From: Candidatus Hadarchaeales archaeon
GTDB lineage: Archaea; Hadarchaeota; Hadarchaeia; Hadarchaeales; JAWBSP01
Length of the DNA stretch: 60,240 nucleotides
Direction of reading: 5' to 3'
Assembly: GCA_038842485.1 (NCBI GenBank)
Contig: JAWBSP010000003.1
Location: 1 to 60,240, forward strand
Shown here piece by piece: positions 29,245-39,378 of this stretch (position 1 is its first letter; each line of letters opens with the position of its first letter). The position numbers were made by a program, and so were the translations under genes. Under the pieces are notes generated by a model that was not told where the DNA came from, made no database searches, and worked only from the letters and a program-made list of their open reading frames with translations.

Positions 29245-29954
29245 GCGTGGAGGCTCCGAGGGTTTGCATGATTCTGTGCGGCGGAAGGGGGAGAAGACTA
29301 GGACTTGCCTTCCCAAAAGTCCTCCTAGAACTCAAACCGAATCTGACCATACTTGACCACCAGCTGGCACAGTATAGGAAAGCTGGCCTCGAGAAAGCCG
29401 TCCTGCTCACCGGTTTCGGCCACGAAAAAATCGAGAAACGATACGGGAAAAAATTTGAGGACATGAGAATCGAGTACGTAAAGGAGGAGGAACCTGCTGG
29501 GACCCTGAACGCCCTCAGACTTGGAATGGAACACGTACGGGAGGATGCGATGGTCAGCAATGGAGACGTGGTGGCGGAAATCAATCTGAGGCGGATGTGG
29601 GAGGAGTTCACAACCAGCGGTGCCCTCGCCTCCATCCTCATCACTCGGATGAGGAGCCCCTACGGTGTGATAAAAGTTCGCGGAAAGCGGGTGGTGGAGT
29701 TCACGGAGAAGCCCCTCCTGGATGTTCTCATAAACGGGGGGTATTACTGCTTCTCCAAAAATATTCTACCCCTGCTAGAGAAGTTCAAAAAAGGAGATCT
29801 GGAAAAAACGCTCCTCCCGGAACTGGCAAAAAGAGGGGAGCTGGTTTGGTACAGGGAGAGAGAGGGGGCCTTCTGGGCTTCGGTCGATACCCTCAAAGAT
29901 TTGGAGGAAGTGAGGAAGGCATTCCCCCAGCTGAGCGAGAAAACTAGTGTCTGA
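29241..29954 (+). CDS. Sugar-phosphate nucleotidyltransferase family protein
   Basis: LCGGRGRRL..PK, SNGDVV, FTEKP, INGGYY, WASVDT; TTGA overlap with glnA. Confidence 0.85.
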   Translation: MSVEAPRVCMILCGGRGRRLGLAFPKVLLELKPNLTILDHQLAQYRKAGLEKAVLLTGFGHEKIEKRYGKKFEDMRIEYVKEEEPAGTLNALRLGMEHVREDAMVSNGDVVAEINLRRMWEEFTTSGALASILITRMRSPYGVIKVRGKRVVEFTEKPLLDVLINGGYYCFSKNILPLLEKFKKGDLEKTLLPELAKRGELVWYREREGAFWASVDTLKDLEEVRKAFPQLSEKTSV

Positions 29955-31452
29955 AATGCCTGACGCCCGTGAAAACCATCGCCAGCCCGAGCCTGTCCGC
30001 GGCCTCTATCACCTCCTTGTCCCTCACCGAACCGCCGGGCTGGATTATCGCTGTGACTCCTGCCCTTGCCGCGAGCTCGATGGCATCGGTGAAGGGGAAG
30101 AAAGCGTCCGAAGCCATGACGGAGCCCTTAGCTCTCTCGCCTGCTTTCCTCACTGCAATCTCGGTCGAGTCCACCCTGCTCATCTGCCCCGCCCCCACTC
30201 CCACCGCCTGCCTGTCCCTAGCCAGAACAATGGCATTGGACTTGACGTGCTTGACCACCCTCCAGCCGAAGAGGAGGTCCACCCATTCCTTGTCCGTGGG
30301 AGCCCTCTTGGTGACCACCCTCCTCTCCGCAAGGAGCTTCCTGTCCCTCTCCTGAACCAAGATTCCTCCCGAAATCTGCTTGAACTCCAAATCCGGCTCT
30401 GGGCTTGGCTTGACCTCCAGAACCCTGAGGTTGGGTTTTCTGCTTAGAATCTCCAGCACCCCCTCCTGATACCCGGGAGCAACCACTGCTTCGATAAAAG
30501 TCGAGGTAAGCTCTTCCGCCGTTTCAACGTCCATCGGCCGGTTTAGGGCGACGATTCCACCATAGGCCGAGAGAGGATCGCACTCCCTTGCCAGCCTGTA
30601 CGCCTGACAGATGTTTTCGGCACTCGCTACCCCGCACGGGTTGGTGTGCTTTATCACAGCGGCCGTGGGTTCCTCAAATTCCTGAACCAGAGACCAGGCA
30701 GCGTCGAGATCCACCAAGTTGTTGAGGGAAAGCTCCTTTCCCTGAAGTTTCCTTCCCTGAGCTAATCCCTCTCCCCATCGGTAGAGAGCGGCGGCCTGGT
30801 GCGGGTTTTCCCCGTATCTGAGATCTTGGAGCTTCTCAGCCCACAAACACAAGATCTTTGGAAGCTTCTCCCCCTCCAACTGCCCCAAGTAGTTCTCGAT
30901 AGCCGCATCGTAGGCCGAAGTCATGGCAAAAGTTCTCCTCGCCAGCTCCAGCCTCGTCCGCTCCGAAAGCTCCCCCTTCTCCCTGAGTTCCTTCAAGATC
31001 GAACCATACTGCTCTGGGCTGGTCACCACCGCCACCCACTTGAAGTTCTTGGCCGCCGCACGAATCAGCGTTGGCCCCCCTATATCAATTTGCTCCACAG
31101 CCTCATCCAGCCCGGCCCCCCTCAAAACCGTTTCCTCAAAGGGATAGAGGTTGACCACGAGCATGTCAATCGGCTCAACACCAAGCTCCGCCAGCGTTCT
31201 CATGTGGGAGGGATCATCCCGCTTGGCTAGGATGGAGGCATGGATGAGGGGGTGGAGAGTCTTTACCCTCCCGTCTAGGATTTCTGGGAACTTGGTGATT
31301 TCGGCGACCTCTTTTACCTCAATCCCTTTCTCCCTAAGGAACTTGGCTGTCCCACCCGTGGAGAGGATTTCCACACCCAGGGACTGAAGCCCCCTTGCAA
31401 ATTCCTCCAAACCCTGCTTGTTGGAAACGCTTATGAGAGCCCTTCTAATCAT
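29944..31452 (-). CDS. purH: Bifunctional AICAR transformylase/IMP cyclohydrolase
   Basis: RALISVSNK, GRVKTLHP, IDIGGPT, LRYGENPHQ, KHTNPCG, SDAFFPF, RHFRH. Confidence 0.97.
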   Translation of the reverse strand: MIRRALISVSNKQGLEEFARGLQSLGVEILSTGGTAKFLREKGIEVKEVAEITKFPEILDGRVKTLHPLIHASILAKRDDPSHMRTLAELGVEPIDMLVVNLYPFEETVLRGAGLDEAVEQIDIGGPTLIRAAAKNFKWVAVVTSPEQYGSILKELREKGELSERTRLELARRTFAMTSAYDAAIENYLGQLEGEKLPKILCLWAEKLQDLRYGENPHQAAALYRWGEGLAQGRKLQGKELSLNNLVDLDAAWSLVQEFEEPTAAVIKHTNPCGVASAENICQAYRLARECDPLSAYGGIVALNRPMDVETAEELTSTFIEAVVAPGYQEGVLEILSRKPNLRVLEVKPSPEPDLEFKQISGGILVQERDRKLLAERRVVTKRAPTDKEWVDLLFGWRVVKHVKSNAIVLARDRQAVGVGAGQMSRVDSTEIAVRKAGERAKGSVMASDAFFPFTDAIELAARAGVTAIIQPGGSVRDKEVIEAADRLGLAMVFTGVRHFRH

Positions 31453-31499
31453 TATTCCCACTCCCCAGAGGAAGGTTAAAACGAGAACCATAACATCGG

Positions 31500-32873
31500 A
31501 TGGAAGACTTCACCTTTCTCTCCCCCTTCAGCTGGAGGTACGGGAGCCAAGAGATGAGAGAAATTTTCTCAGAAATCAGACGAAGAAAGCTCTGGAGAAG
31601 GATTTGGCTGGCACTCACCGAGGCACAGGCGAAATACGGCCTGGTTTCACCGGAGGAGCTGCAGGAACTCAGCTCTAAAGTAGAGGAAGTCGATCTCAAG
31701 AGGGCACAGGAGGTTGAGAGTCAAATCGGGCACGACCTAGTGGCGGAACTCAGGGTGTATGCCGAACAGTGCCCGAGAGGCGGTGGGAAATTGCATATGG
31801 GGGCGACCTCCATGGACATAGAGGACAACGCAGACATCATCAGGTTCAGAGAGGCTTTGAGGCTTATCAAGCAGAGACTCGCCGAGCTGCTCTCCATCCT
31901 TGCCCAGCAAATTGAAAGATATGCCACCCTCCCATGCATGGGATACACGCACCTCCAGCCCGCCGAGCCTACGACTTTGGGATACAGACTGAGCAACTAT
32001 GCGCAGGATCTCCTCCTCGATCTACGCCTAATCCGTTTTGTTGAGAGGGAGTTCCTGCTGGGAAAAGGGATAAAAGGGGCCGTGGGGAGCTCCGCCGCTT
32101 TTAGAGAACTCACGGGTGATCCTGCGGGGCTTGAGAGGGAAGTGATGGAGAAATTAGGCATCGAAGCTTTTCCCATCGCCTCTCAAACCTATCCCAGGAA
32201 ACTCGACTTCATCCTGCTGTGCTCCCTCGCCAGCCTAGCCCAGAGCCTCTACAGGATCGCCTCGGATCTCAGGCACCTCCAGATGCTCGGTGAGGTGATG
32301 GAACCCGTGGGGGAGAAGCAGGTGGGCTCCTCCGCCATGCCCTTCAAACGAAACCCCACCGGCTGCGAGCGGACCTGCTCGCTCTGCAGATATGTTTCAG
32401 CCCTGCCCCAAGTAGCCTGGGAAAACGCCTCCCAGAGCATTCTAGAGAGAACGCTGGACGACTCCGCGAACAGAAGGATCATCCTTCCGGAGGCATTCCT
32501 GGCTGTGGACGAGTGCCTGATCCTTCTCAGAAAAATCGTTTCCGGGCTCGTGGTGAACGAGAACCGGATTTCGGAGAACCTGAGAAGATGGGGCCCCTTT
32601 GCCATGCTGGAGAGGGTACTACTCGCCCTAGTCAAGAAAGGTCACAACAGGCAAGAAATGCATGAGAGGCTCAGGCAGATTTCCATGAGGGCTTGGAAGG
32701 AGGTTGATCAGGGGAAGGAGAACCCCTTGCTGGAACTTCTGAAATCGGATGAGGTAGTGGGAAAGCTAGAAGGGCTGGATGAACTCATGAAAATTGAAAC
32801 CTATCTCGGTGATGCCCCGCAGAGATGTTTGCAGTGGGTGAGAAACACGCTCAGACCCGAGCTGAAGGAGTAA
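31500..32873 (+). CDS. purB: Adenylosuccinate lyase
   Basis: HMGATS, GYTHLQPA, QVGSSAMPFKRNP, ERTLDDSANRR. Confidence 0.96.
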   Translation: MEDFTFLSPFSWRYGSQEMREIFSEIRRRKLWRRIWLALTEAQAKYGLVSPEELQELSSKVEEVDLKRAQEVESQIGHDLVAELRVYAEQCPRGGGKLHMGATSMDIEDNADIIRFREALRLIKQRLAELLSILAQQIERYATLPCMGYTHLQPAEPTTLGYRLSNYAQDLLLDLRLIRFVEREFLLGKGIKGAVGSSAAFRELTGDPAGLEREVMEKLGIEAFPIASQTYPRKLDFILLCSLASLAQSLYRIASDLRHLQMLGEVMEPVGEKQVGSSAMPFKRNPTGCERTCSLCRYVSALPQVAWENASQSILERTLDDSANRRIILPEAFLAVDECLILLRKIVSGLVVNENRISENLRRWGPFAMLERVLLALVKKGHNRQEMHERLRQISMRAWKEVDQGKENPLLELLKSDEVVGKLEGLDELMKIETYLGDAPQRCLQWVRNTLRPELKE

Positions 32874-32876
32874 ACT

Positions 32877-33500
32877 TTACTGCTGCGGGCTCATGACACC
32901 CTCGATGGCCCTAAGGGGTGCGGCCCTGAGTTTCTTTTCAAGCTCCTCCCGAACGCTTCCGCCCAGCTGACCAAGTTGCCATAAATCAACGTAAATCTGG
33001 ACCAATGGTGCTACCCCTCCTTGGGATAGCTTTTGGAGGTGCTCGTCAGGCCGGAGCACGAAAAGGTTGGGCTTGCCCTCCCGAGGTCCATACCTGCTCT
33101 GAACCTCACCTTTCCTAGCGTAGAGATAGACCTCTGAATAGTTCACCGATATCCCCTCAAACAGACGCTTGAACCCCGAATTAGCCGTTAGAACTCCCAG
33201 CGGGGAAAGCACCGACTCGATCTCCTGCGGGCTCTCGGGTGCGTAGGTGGCGTATATGATATCCCCAAACAGGTCCCTCCTCGCCGCCCAATAGATGAGC
33301 ATGCGCTCAGGATCGAGAAGCCTGAGCCCGAGAGGTCTGCATTCCACCATCCCCATCAACTCCAGCCTCTTAACTAGGGGATTCACCGTCCCCAGGGATA
33401 GACCACACGAACGGGCGAGCTCCTTCTGGGAGAAGAACCTCTCTCCACCCGTGTAATAGCGGTGTAGCATCTCCCGGAAAATTCTCTCACCCCTCCTCAA
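32877..33500 (-). CDS. Winged-HTH protein (AbiEi-like architecture) coupled to the MinD/ParA gene
   Basis: TTG at 33500 overlaps the upstream stop; SQKELARSCGLSLGTVNPLVKRL HTH; YSEVYLY, QIYVDLW. Confidence 0.7.
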   Translation of the reverse strand: MRRGERIFREMLHRYYTGGERFFSQKELARSCGLSLGTVNPLVKRLELMGMVECRPLGLRLLDPERMLIYWAARRDLFGDIIYATYAPESPQEIESVLSPLGVLTANSGFKRLFEGISVNYSEVYLYARKGEVQSRYGPREGKPNLFVLRPDEHLQKLSQGGVAPLVQIYVDLWQLGQLGGSVREELEKKLRAAPLRAIEGVMSPQQ

Positions 33501-34243
33501 AGTCTCCTGATCCTCTCTAGAATCGTGCCCCCCAGTTCCCTCAGCTTTTTTGAGGCGGGCGAGTTGGGCTTGTACTTGACCACAGGAATTCCGGCCGCGG
33601 TGGATTCGGTGACGGCCTTGTCCTCCGGGATAACCCCCACCACCGGCCAACCCATTGCCTGTCGTATTTCCTTGAGAGAGAGCTCATAGGGCTCCCCTGC
33701 CACTCGGTTTACTATAACACCTAAGATTGGAATCCTGTATTTCTCGGCAGCCCTGAAGGTCTTGAGGGTACTGGCGATGGTGGGAACGTAGGGGTTGGTC
33801 ACGATGAACATGCCCGAGCATGCCTTCAAAGCCATGACGACCTCACTCCCCACCCCTGGAGCGGAATCGAGCAGAATGAGCTCGAACTCCTCCCGCAACG
33901 GGGAAAGGAGTTCCCCCAGATCTACCAGACGTATTTCCTCCTCGAACGCAATGGAGCCGAGAATGAGTTTAACCCCCTGAATCTCCAAAATGGCATCCTG
34001 AATGGGAAGTTCGGAAGAAATCACATCGTGTATGGTTATCTTGGGGGTCAGCTCCCCAAAGTGTAAACCCAGATTAGGGGCTCCCAAATTGGCATCTACC
34101 GCCACGATTTTTTTACCAAGCTTCGTCAGTGAGATAGCCAGGTTGGAGACCATGGTGGTCTTCCCCACTCCGCCCTTGCAGGAGAAAAAACCTATGATTT
34201 TGGCTCGGCGCGGTTTTATGCTGACCCTTCTTCCCGCCCTCAT
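33497..34243 (-). CDS. MinD/ParA-family ATPase
   Basis: KGGVGKTT deviant Walker A, VDANLGAPNL, LDSAPG, VIPED. Confidence 0.9.
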   Translation of the reverse strand: MRAGRRVSIKPRRAKIIGFFSCKGGVGKTTMVSNLAISLTKLGKKIVAVDANLGAPNLGLHFGELTPKITIHDVISSELPIQDAILEIQGVKLILGSIAFEEEIRLVDLGELLSPLREEFELILLDSAPGVGSEVVMALKACSGMFIVTNPYVPTIASTLKTFRAAEKYRIPILGVIVNRVAGEPYELSLKEIRQAMGWPVVGVIPEDKAVTESTAAGIPVVKYKPNSPASKKLRELGGTILERIRRL

Positions 34244-34250
34244 TCCTCAC

Positions 34251-34670
34251 TTACAGGACGGGATTAAGCCTCCTTCTTCCCTCGAGGGTTCCCAGTCGCC
34301 CGACCAGTTCCAGCACCCTTCTCTTTATCTCCTTCACTACCTTCCTAGCCTCCTCCAACTCCAGGTTCGCTGGGTTGGGGAGCTCCCACCTCTCGGCAGG
34401 AACGTGTATGAGAGGACAAGCCTCCCCGCAGACCACCACTACCATGTCAGCTTCTTCGAGGAGTTCACGCGTGAGAGGTCGAGGCTTCCTGTTGCCCAGT
34501 TCTATCCCTTCCTCTCTCATGAGCTCAACGGCAGTGGGGTGCACGGCCTGAGCGGGGGAACTCCCGGCACTCACCGCCCTCCACTCCCCAGTTGCATACT
34601 TGTTGAAGTAGGCCTCTGCCACTATGCTCCTAAAACTGTTCTCCGCGCAGACGAAGAGAACCGTCCTCAC
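34251..34670 (-). CDS. arsC: Arsenate reductase/LMW phosphatase family protein
   Basis: VLFVCAENSFRS CX5R motif, SAG, CGEACP. Confidence 0.85.
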   Translation of the reverse strand: MRTVLFVCAENSFRSIVAEAYFNKYATGEWRAVSAGSSPAQAVHPTAVELMREEGIELGNRKPRPLTRELLEEADMVVVVCGEACPLIHVPAERWELPNPANLELEEARKVVKEIKRRVLELVGRLGTLEGRRRLNPVL

Positions 34671-35872
34671 CCTTCCCAGTCCAAGAGCCTCTTCTCCCCT
34701 TCAATCTTCTTCAGCCCCGTTATGTCCTGTGTTACCTCCAGCGTGCCCAGATACTTCCCTTCTCGGTCCCTCACCGCGAAGTATCTAATGTAGAGGAGGT
34801 GGCCGTCCTTCTGGATCCAGAACTCTGCCACATCCTTTTCCCCCTTTCTGAAGGCCTCTAGAATCCTGTTGACTACATGGACGCTTTTCTGCGGATGACA
34901 GAGTTGGACCTTCCTTCCCAGAACCGCCTTCGTCCTGACGAAGAAGCGCTTATCTGGCTTGTTGAAGTATCTCACGGTGTCATCCTCCCCCACGAAGGTG
35001 AGATCAACGGGCAAGGTATTCAGGATGGCCTCCACCTCCCGCCTAGAGAGAGAACCTGTTTCCAACTGAAGCATGTCCTTCCCTGCTTCCTTCCCGGCCT
35101 TCCCCTCCTCCTCGGGCACCGTGGGCCGCGGGGGAGTAAAGCAGCAGTAACCTATCTCATCGAAGCCTCTCCTCACCTCCCGCCACTCCTCCGGGGTGAT
35201 GACCCGGAGAGCAGAGGGAAAGAGGATGCGATTCTCCTTGAAGATGTGTGCCTCGAGAATGCGGCCCAGCGAAAGCACGCGCTCTCCCAGCCCCTTCTTG
35301 AACTCTCCAAAATCCATCGCGGAGGCTCTCTGAAGGAGATCGCGGAGCTGCTTCTTTTCCCTGCGGAGCTGGTCGTGCTCTATCCACATGATGGCAGGGG
35401 GCTCGGTTATTCCATGTTTTTCCAGCACCGGGAAAAGCACGTTCTCCTCCCTGAGATAGTGCTTCTCGGCCTCCAGCAGTTCTTCCGAAAGCTTGAACAG
35501 GGTGGGGAGTTCCCGTTCCGCGAAAGAAAACCCTTCGGCCACTGCGAGTCTGTCCACTGCCTCCCTCGCCCTCTCTACCCTTTTCCGCAATTCCTCGTGC
35601 TCTCCCAGGAGGATCTCCAGAGGATTGCCTGGAGGAACCTCGATCTCCTGCTTTTCCAGCTGTTCCTTGAAGACCTCCAAGTGTACTTCACACAACTTAC
35701 GGATTTCCTCCCTAGGAAAGCCCTCCTGTACGAGTTCCTGCTCCACCCTCGCGATCTCGAGTGGGCTCACCCCCTCCAGTACTCTTCTAAAACCCTCCTT
35801 GACCTCTGCCGGGGAGGCACCAGCATGCAACCGCCTAAGAAGCTCCTTCAGGGCCTCTTTCCTTTCCTCCAA
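34667..35872 (-). CDS. DUF438/hemerythrin/PAS domain protein
   Basis: EIARVEQEL, LCEVH, HYLREENVLFP, WIEHD, HIFKENRILFP, CHPQKS, LEVTQDI. Confidence 0.85.
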   Translation of the reverse strand: MEERKEALKELLRRLHAGASPAEVKEGFRRVLEGVSPLEIARVEQELVQEGFPREEIRKLCEVHLEVFKEQLEKQEIEVPPGNPLEILLGEHEELRKRVERAREAVDRLAVAEGFSFAERELPTLFKLSEELLEAEKHYLREENVLFPVLEKHGITEPPAIMWIEHDQLRREKKQLRDLLQRASAMDFGEFKKGLGERVLSLGRILEAHIFKENRILFPSALRVITPEEWREVRRGFDEIGYCCFTPPRPTVPEEEGKAGKEAGKDMLQLETGSLSRREVEAILNTLPVDLTFVGEDDTVRYFNKPDKRFFVRTKAVLGRKVQLCHPQKSVHVVNRILEAFRKGEKDVAEFWIQKDGHLLYIRYFAVRDREGKYLGTLEVTQDITGLKKIEGEKRLLDWEG

Positions 35873-36036
35873 CTTCCCCTCCCTACCTTGTCAGGATATC
35901 ATAAATCCCTCGGTCACCACTGTCCCAGCAAGCTGGGTTGGAACCACAATAATATTGACGGGAACCTCCAACATTCCAGAAGTGCCATCTCAACATTTCT
36001 AACTCGTCTATTAGAAACGAAAACAAGTCTCCTCAG

Positions 36037-36948
36037 TCAGTATCCAAAATACGTGAGAAAGAGACCCGTCGAAAGCGGAACAACGAAGTTATCCCCTCCC
36101 CTAACGCAGAGGGACTCCAAAAACATAACGGCAATCGAGACAAGAAGAGAGACCGGGAAGTCCACACGAAGCAGATGTAGAACCACCGTCCCCACCAAGA
36201 GGAAGGATAAAGACCCCTCCATAGTCTTGTGGGGACTGTAGATGATTTTGGTTTTGCCCAGGAACTCGTCCACCAGCCCCGAGATCGGGTCGGTAAAGGT
36301 GCCCATGGCTATGCAGAAAAAGGCTAGGGAAGGGAAGAGAAGAAGGGAGAACAGGATACCCGAGAGAAAGAAGAAAGAGGGGGCATACAGCTTGGTCTCC
36401 GCCTCACCCACGGCTGCCGAACCTATCCACCTGTCCGCCAGCCCCCTCAGGATGGGCCTGAAGGTGGGGAGGGGCCTCAACCTAGAGTACTCGCCGAGAA
36501 TCATGGCACAGAGGCAGAAGCAGGCCAGAAAAAACGCCAGCTCCGCCTTGAACCAGGCAAAGTAGCAGAAAATGCTACCGCCCAGTAGCTGACCCAAGCA
36601 CCTATAAGTGATAGGGCTCACCTTTCGGGCGGCCCAAAGCCATCTCCCCAGCCAGGCCTCCCGGCTTAGGAGGAAACCCGCCGCCAGAAGGGGCAAACAG
36701 AGGAGAATACCCAGGGCGAGCCCTTTCAAATCCGAGAGGAAAAGGTCTAACACCTGCTGGGTCTCCGCATAGTAAACGGATGGGCTGAACCGGTAAAAGG
36801 GGAGAACGGCGAAGATGGAGAGCAAACCAGCGAGCAGAATGTTCCCCGCCACGTTCAACAGCTTCCTCCTGAAAAGATGGAAGAGGAGGGTGAAACAGGA
36901 GATATAGGCTAGACAGACGACACCGGCCTTCAGCGCCACCCACTCCAT
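36037..36948 (-). CDS. Multi-pass membrane protein, dolichol/phytol kinase (Sec59)-like C-terminus
   Basis: Several TM segments; DPISGLV...KTMEGS...DNFVVP. Confidence 0.7.
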   Translation of the reverse strand: MEWVALKAGVVCLAYISCFTLLFHLFRRKLLNVAGNILLAGLLSIFAVLPFYRFSPSVYYAETQQVLDLFLSDLKGLALGILLCLPLLAAGFLLSREAWLGRWLWAARKVSPITYRCLGQLLGGSIFCYFAWFKAELAFFLACFCLCAMILGEYSRLRPLPTFRPILRGLADRWIGSAAVGEAETKLYAPSFFFLSGILFSLLLFPSLAFFCIAMGTFTDPISGLVDEFLGKTKIIYSPHKTMEGSLSFLLVGTVVLHLLRVDFPVSLLVSIAVMFLESLCVRGGDNFVVPLSTGLFLTYFGY

Positions 36949-36978
36949 TCCAGACTGGGAGGAGGATGATAAACCGAA

Positions 36979-38043
36979 CTACGCTACGACCTCGCGCAGA
37001 GCGGAGAGCATCTGGTCGATGTCCTCAAAAGTTATGTAGCCCATGTTCCCTATCCTGAAGGTGCGCTCCCTCAGCTTGCCGTAGCCTCTGGCCAGCTCAA
37101 AGCCCTTCGCCCTCATGGCCTCGTAGATCTGGTCTCCCGTCTTCCCCGGTGGCGCATTCACGCAGGCGATGGTCGGGCTTTCGTACCCGGGCTGGGGGAA
37201 AAGGGAGAGACCAAGTGACTCAACCCCCTCCTTTATTCTGCGCATGCGCTCCCGGTAGAGCTCGAACCTTCGCTCCTTCCCTCCCTCCCTCTCAATGATC
37301 TCAAGCTCCTTTCTGAGCCCCAAGATCTGCGGGATAGAGGGGGTCATGGGGGTAGAGAGGCGCTTCAAATGGTCTGCCTCGAAGAGCTTGAAGTCGAAGT
37401 ACCAGCCCTTGTTCACCGCCCTCGCCGACCGCTCCATGGCTGCCGCGCTCACGGCAACTATGGCCAGACCAGGGGGAAGGCCGAAGCACTTTTGGGAGCT
37501 GGTGAAACAGACATCCAGCCCCCACTCGTCAAACTTTATCTCCGTCCCGCCCATCGAGCTCACGGCGTCCACCAGAACCAGCTTTTCCCTCTCCTTCGCC
37601 ACCTTCGCCAGCTCCCTGAGGGGATTCAGGAGGCCGACACTCGTCTCGTTGTGGGTTATGGTTACCGCCTCCACATCAGGGAAGTGTTTTAGTTGCTCGT
37701 CCAACAACTCGGGAGTTATGGGTTTCCCGAGCTCCACCTCCAGCCTAACCACCTCCCTTCCATTGGTTTGGGCAACCCGCGCATACCTCTCCCCGAACTC
37801 CCCGCAGATGCAGCAAAGCACCTTGCGCTCCACGCAGTTCCTTATGGATGCCTCCATTGCCCCCGACCCCGAGCTGGGAAAGAGAAAAACATGAGATTTG
37901 GTTTCCAAAAATCTCTGCATTCCCTCAACCACCTGCTTTTGAAGTTCCTGATATTCCTTGCTCCGATGGCTGAACATCTGCCTGCTCATCTCCTGAAGAA
38001 CCTCCGGTCTGCAGGCAACGGGTCCGGCCGTGAAGAGCTTCAT
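36979..38043 (-). CDS. Class V PLP aminotransferase (serine-pyruvate/alanine-glyoxylate type)
   Basis: FTAGP, SGSGAME, HNETSVG, VDAVSS, SSQKCFGLPPG, FRIGNMG. Confidence 0.92.
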   Translation of the reverse strand: MKLFTAGPVACRPEVLQEMSRQMFSHRSKEYQELQKQVVEGMQRFLETKSHVFLFPSSGSGAMEASIRNCVERKVLCCICGEFGERYARVAQTNGREVVRLEVELGKPITPELLDEQLKHFPDVEAVTITHNETSVGLLNPLRELAKVAKEREKLVLVDAVSSMGGTEIKFDEWGLDVCFTSSQKCFGLPPGLAIVAVSAAAMERSARAVNKGWYFDFKLFEADHLKRLSTPMTPSIPQILGLRKELEIIEREGGKERRFELYRERMRRIKEGVESLGLSLFPQPGYESPTIACVNAPPGKTGDQIYEAMRAKGFELARGYGKLRERTFRIGNMGYITFEDIDQMLSALREVVA

Positions 38044-38066
38044 TTTAATTGTCCTTTAAGGATACT

Positions 38067-39335
38067 TTACTTGAGAATCTTGGTAAGAAGCTTTATGACG
38101 CAGAACTTGGAGCACATGCTACAGGTGGAAGGGTCAGCAACAGGGGGCCTGCTTCTCCTGTATTCTTCCGCCCTCTCCGGGTCGAGAGAGAGTTTCACCT
38201 GCTTTGACCAGTTGAGTTCCCGTCTCGCGCGCGCCATCTCGAGATCTCTTTCCCAGCCAATCCTCCTCCCGAGGTCCGCAATCCTTGCAGCTATTTTGGC
38301 GGCCACCACCCCAACCCTTACATCCTCCGCCGAGGGAAGGCAGAGATGTTCACCCGGTGTAACGTAACAAAGGAAGTCTGCTCCCGCAAAAGCAGCGACC
38401 GCCCCTCCTACGGCGGCGGCAATGTGGTCGTACCCGGCCGCCACATCGGTTGGAAGGGGACCAAGCAGGTATAGAGGTGCCCCATCGCTTACAGCCTTTG
38501 CCAACCTGACGTTCGCCTCTATTTGGTCAAGGGGCACATGGCCCGGACCCTCAACAATGGCTTGGACCCCCTTTTCCCTAGCCCGTCTTACCAGCTGTCC
38601 TATCACCAGCAGCTCTCCCAGCTGGAAGCGATCGGAAGCGTCGACTAGGCAGCCGGGTCTAAAACCGTCCCCCAGACTGAGCGTCAGATTGAATTCCCGC
38701 GCGATCTCCAAGAGATAATCGAACTCCCTGTAGAGGGGGTTCTCCTCCCCCCTTTCGAGCATCCATGCGGCAAGGAAAGCCCCACCCCTGCTAACCATAC
38801 CGAGAATTCTTCCTCCGTGCTTCAACTCCTCCACCAGCTCCTTGGTCACCCCGCAGTGAACGGTGACGAAGTCGACACCGTCCTCCGCATGCCTGCGGAT
38901 GGTGTTGAAGAAGGCATCGGAACTCACCTCCCCCACCGAGCTTTTTGCCCCCTGTATCACCGCCTGATAAACCGGGACTGTGCCGACCGGGACCCTCACC
39001 CCTGCCAGAACTGCCCTCCTAACCTCATCCAGATCGCCGCCCGTGCTGAGATCCATCACGGTGTCTGCCCCATATTTCACCGCCACCCTCGCCTTCTCCA
39101 CCTCCTCCTCCACCCTGCAGTAATCGAAGGAGGTTCCAACGTTGGCGTTCACCTTTACCGTCAGGCCCTCCCCAATCCCCTTCAGCTCAATCTCCCCCCT
39201 TCTTGGGTTGTGAGGGATAACCAACCTTCCGCTGGCGAGACCTCTCATTATCTCCACCGGCTCCTTTCCCTCTGCCCGAGCAACCGCCTTCATCTCCTCC
39301 GTTATCAAACCCTTCCTGGCCTGAGAAACCAGCAT
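38067..39335 (-). CDS. thiC: Phosphomethylpyrimidine synthase
   Basis: KVNANVGTS, MDLSTGG, VSRGG, SLGDG, EGPGH, YDHI, CSMCSKFC. Confidence 0.95.
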   Translation of the reverse strand: MLVSQARKGLITEEMKAVARAEGKEPVEIMRGLASGRLVIPHNPRRGEIELKGIGEGLTVKVNANVGTSFDYCRVEEEVEKARVAVKYGADTVMDLSTGGDLDEVRRAVLAGVRVPVGTVPVYQAVIQGAKSSVGEVSSDAFFNTIRRHAEDGVDFVTVHCGVTKELVEELKHGGRILGMVSRGGAFLAAWMLERGEENPLYREFDYLLEIAREFNLTLSLGDGFRPGCLVDASDRFQLGELLVIGQLVRRAREKGVQAIVEGPGHVPLDQIEANVRLAKAVSDGAPLYLLGPLPTDVAAGYDHIAAAVGGAVAAFAGADFLCYVTPGEHLCLPSAEDVRVGVVAAKIAARIADLGRRIGWERDLEMARARRELNWSKQVKLSLDPERAEEYRRSRPPVADPSTCSMCSKFCVIKLLTKILK

Positions 39336-39378
39336 CAAAAATTGGGGATGGGGTTAATACTTGAGTTCTAAAGTAGGA

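Noticed and set aside
35873-36036. Small ORF or gene remnant upstream of the DUF438 gene
   Set aside because: Short minus-strand frames exist but none has a recognisable motif
34877-36241. Long antisense ORFs (this 454-aa one, also 11061-11975, 12272-13111, 22333-23154, 34002-34793)
   Set aside because: Shadow frames of well-supported genes on the opposite strand, with no motifs
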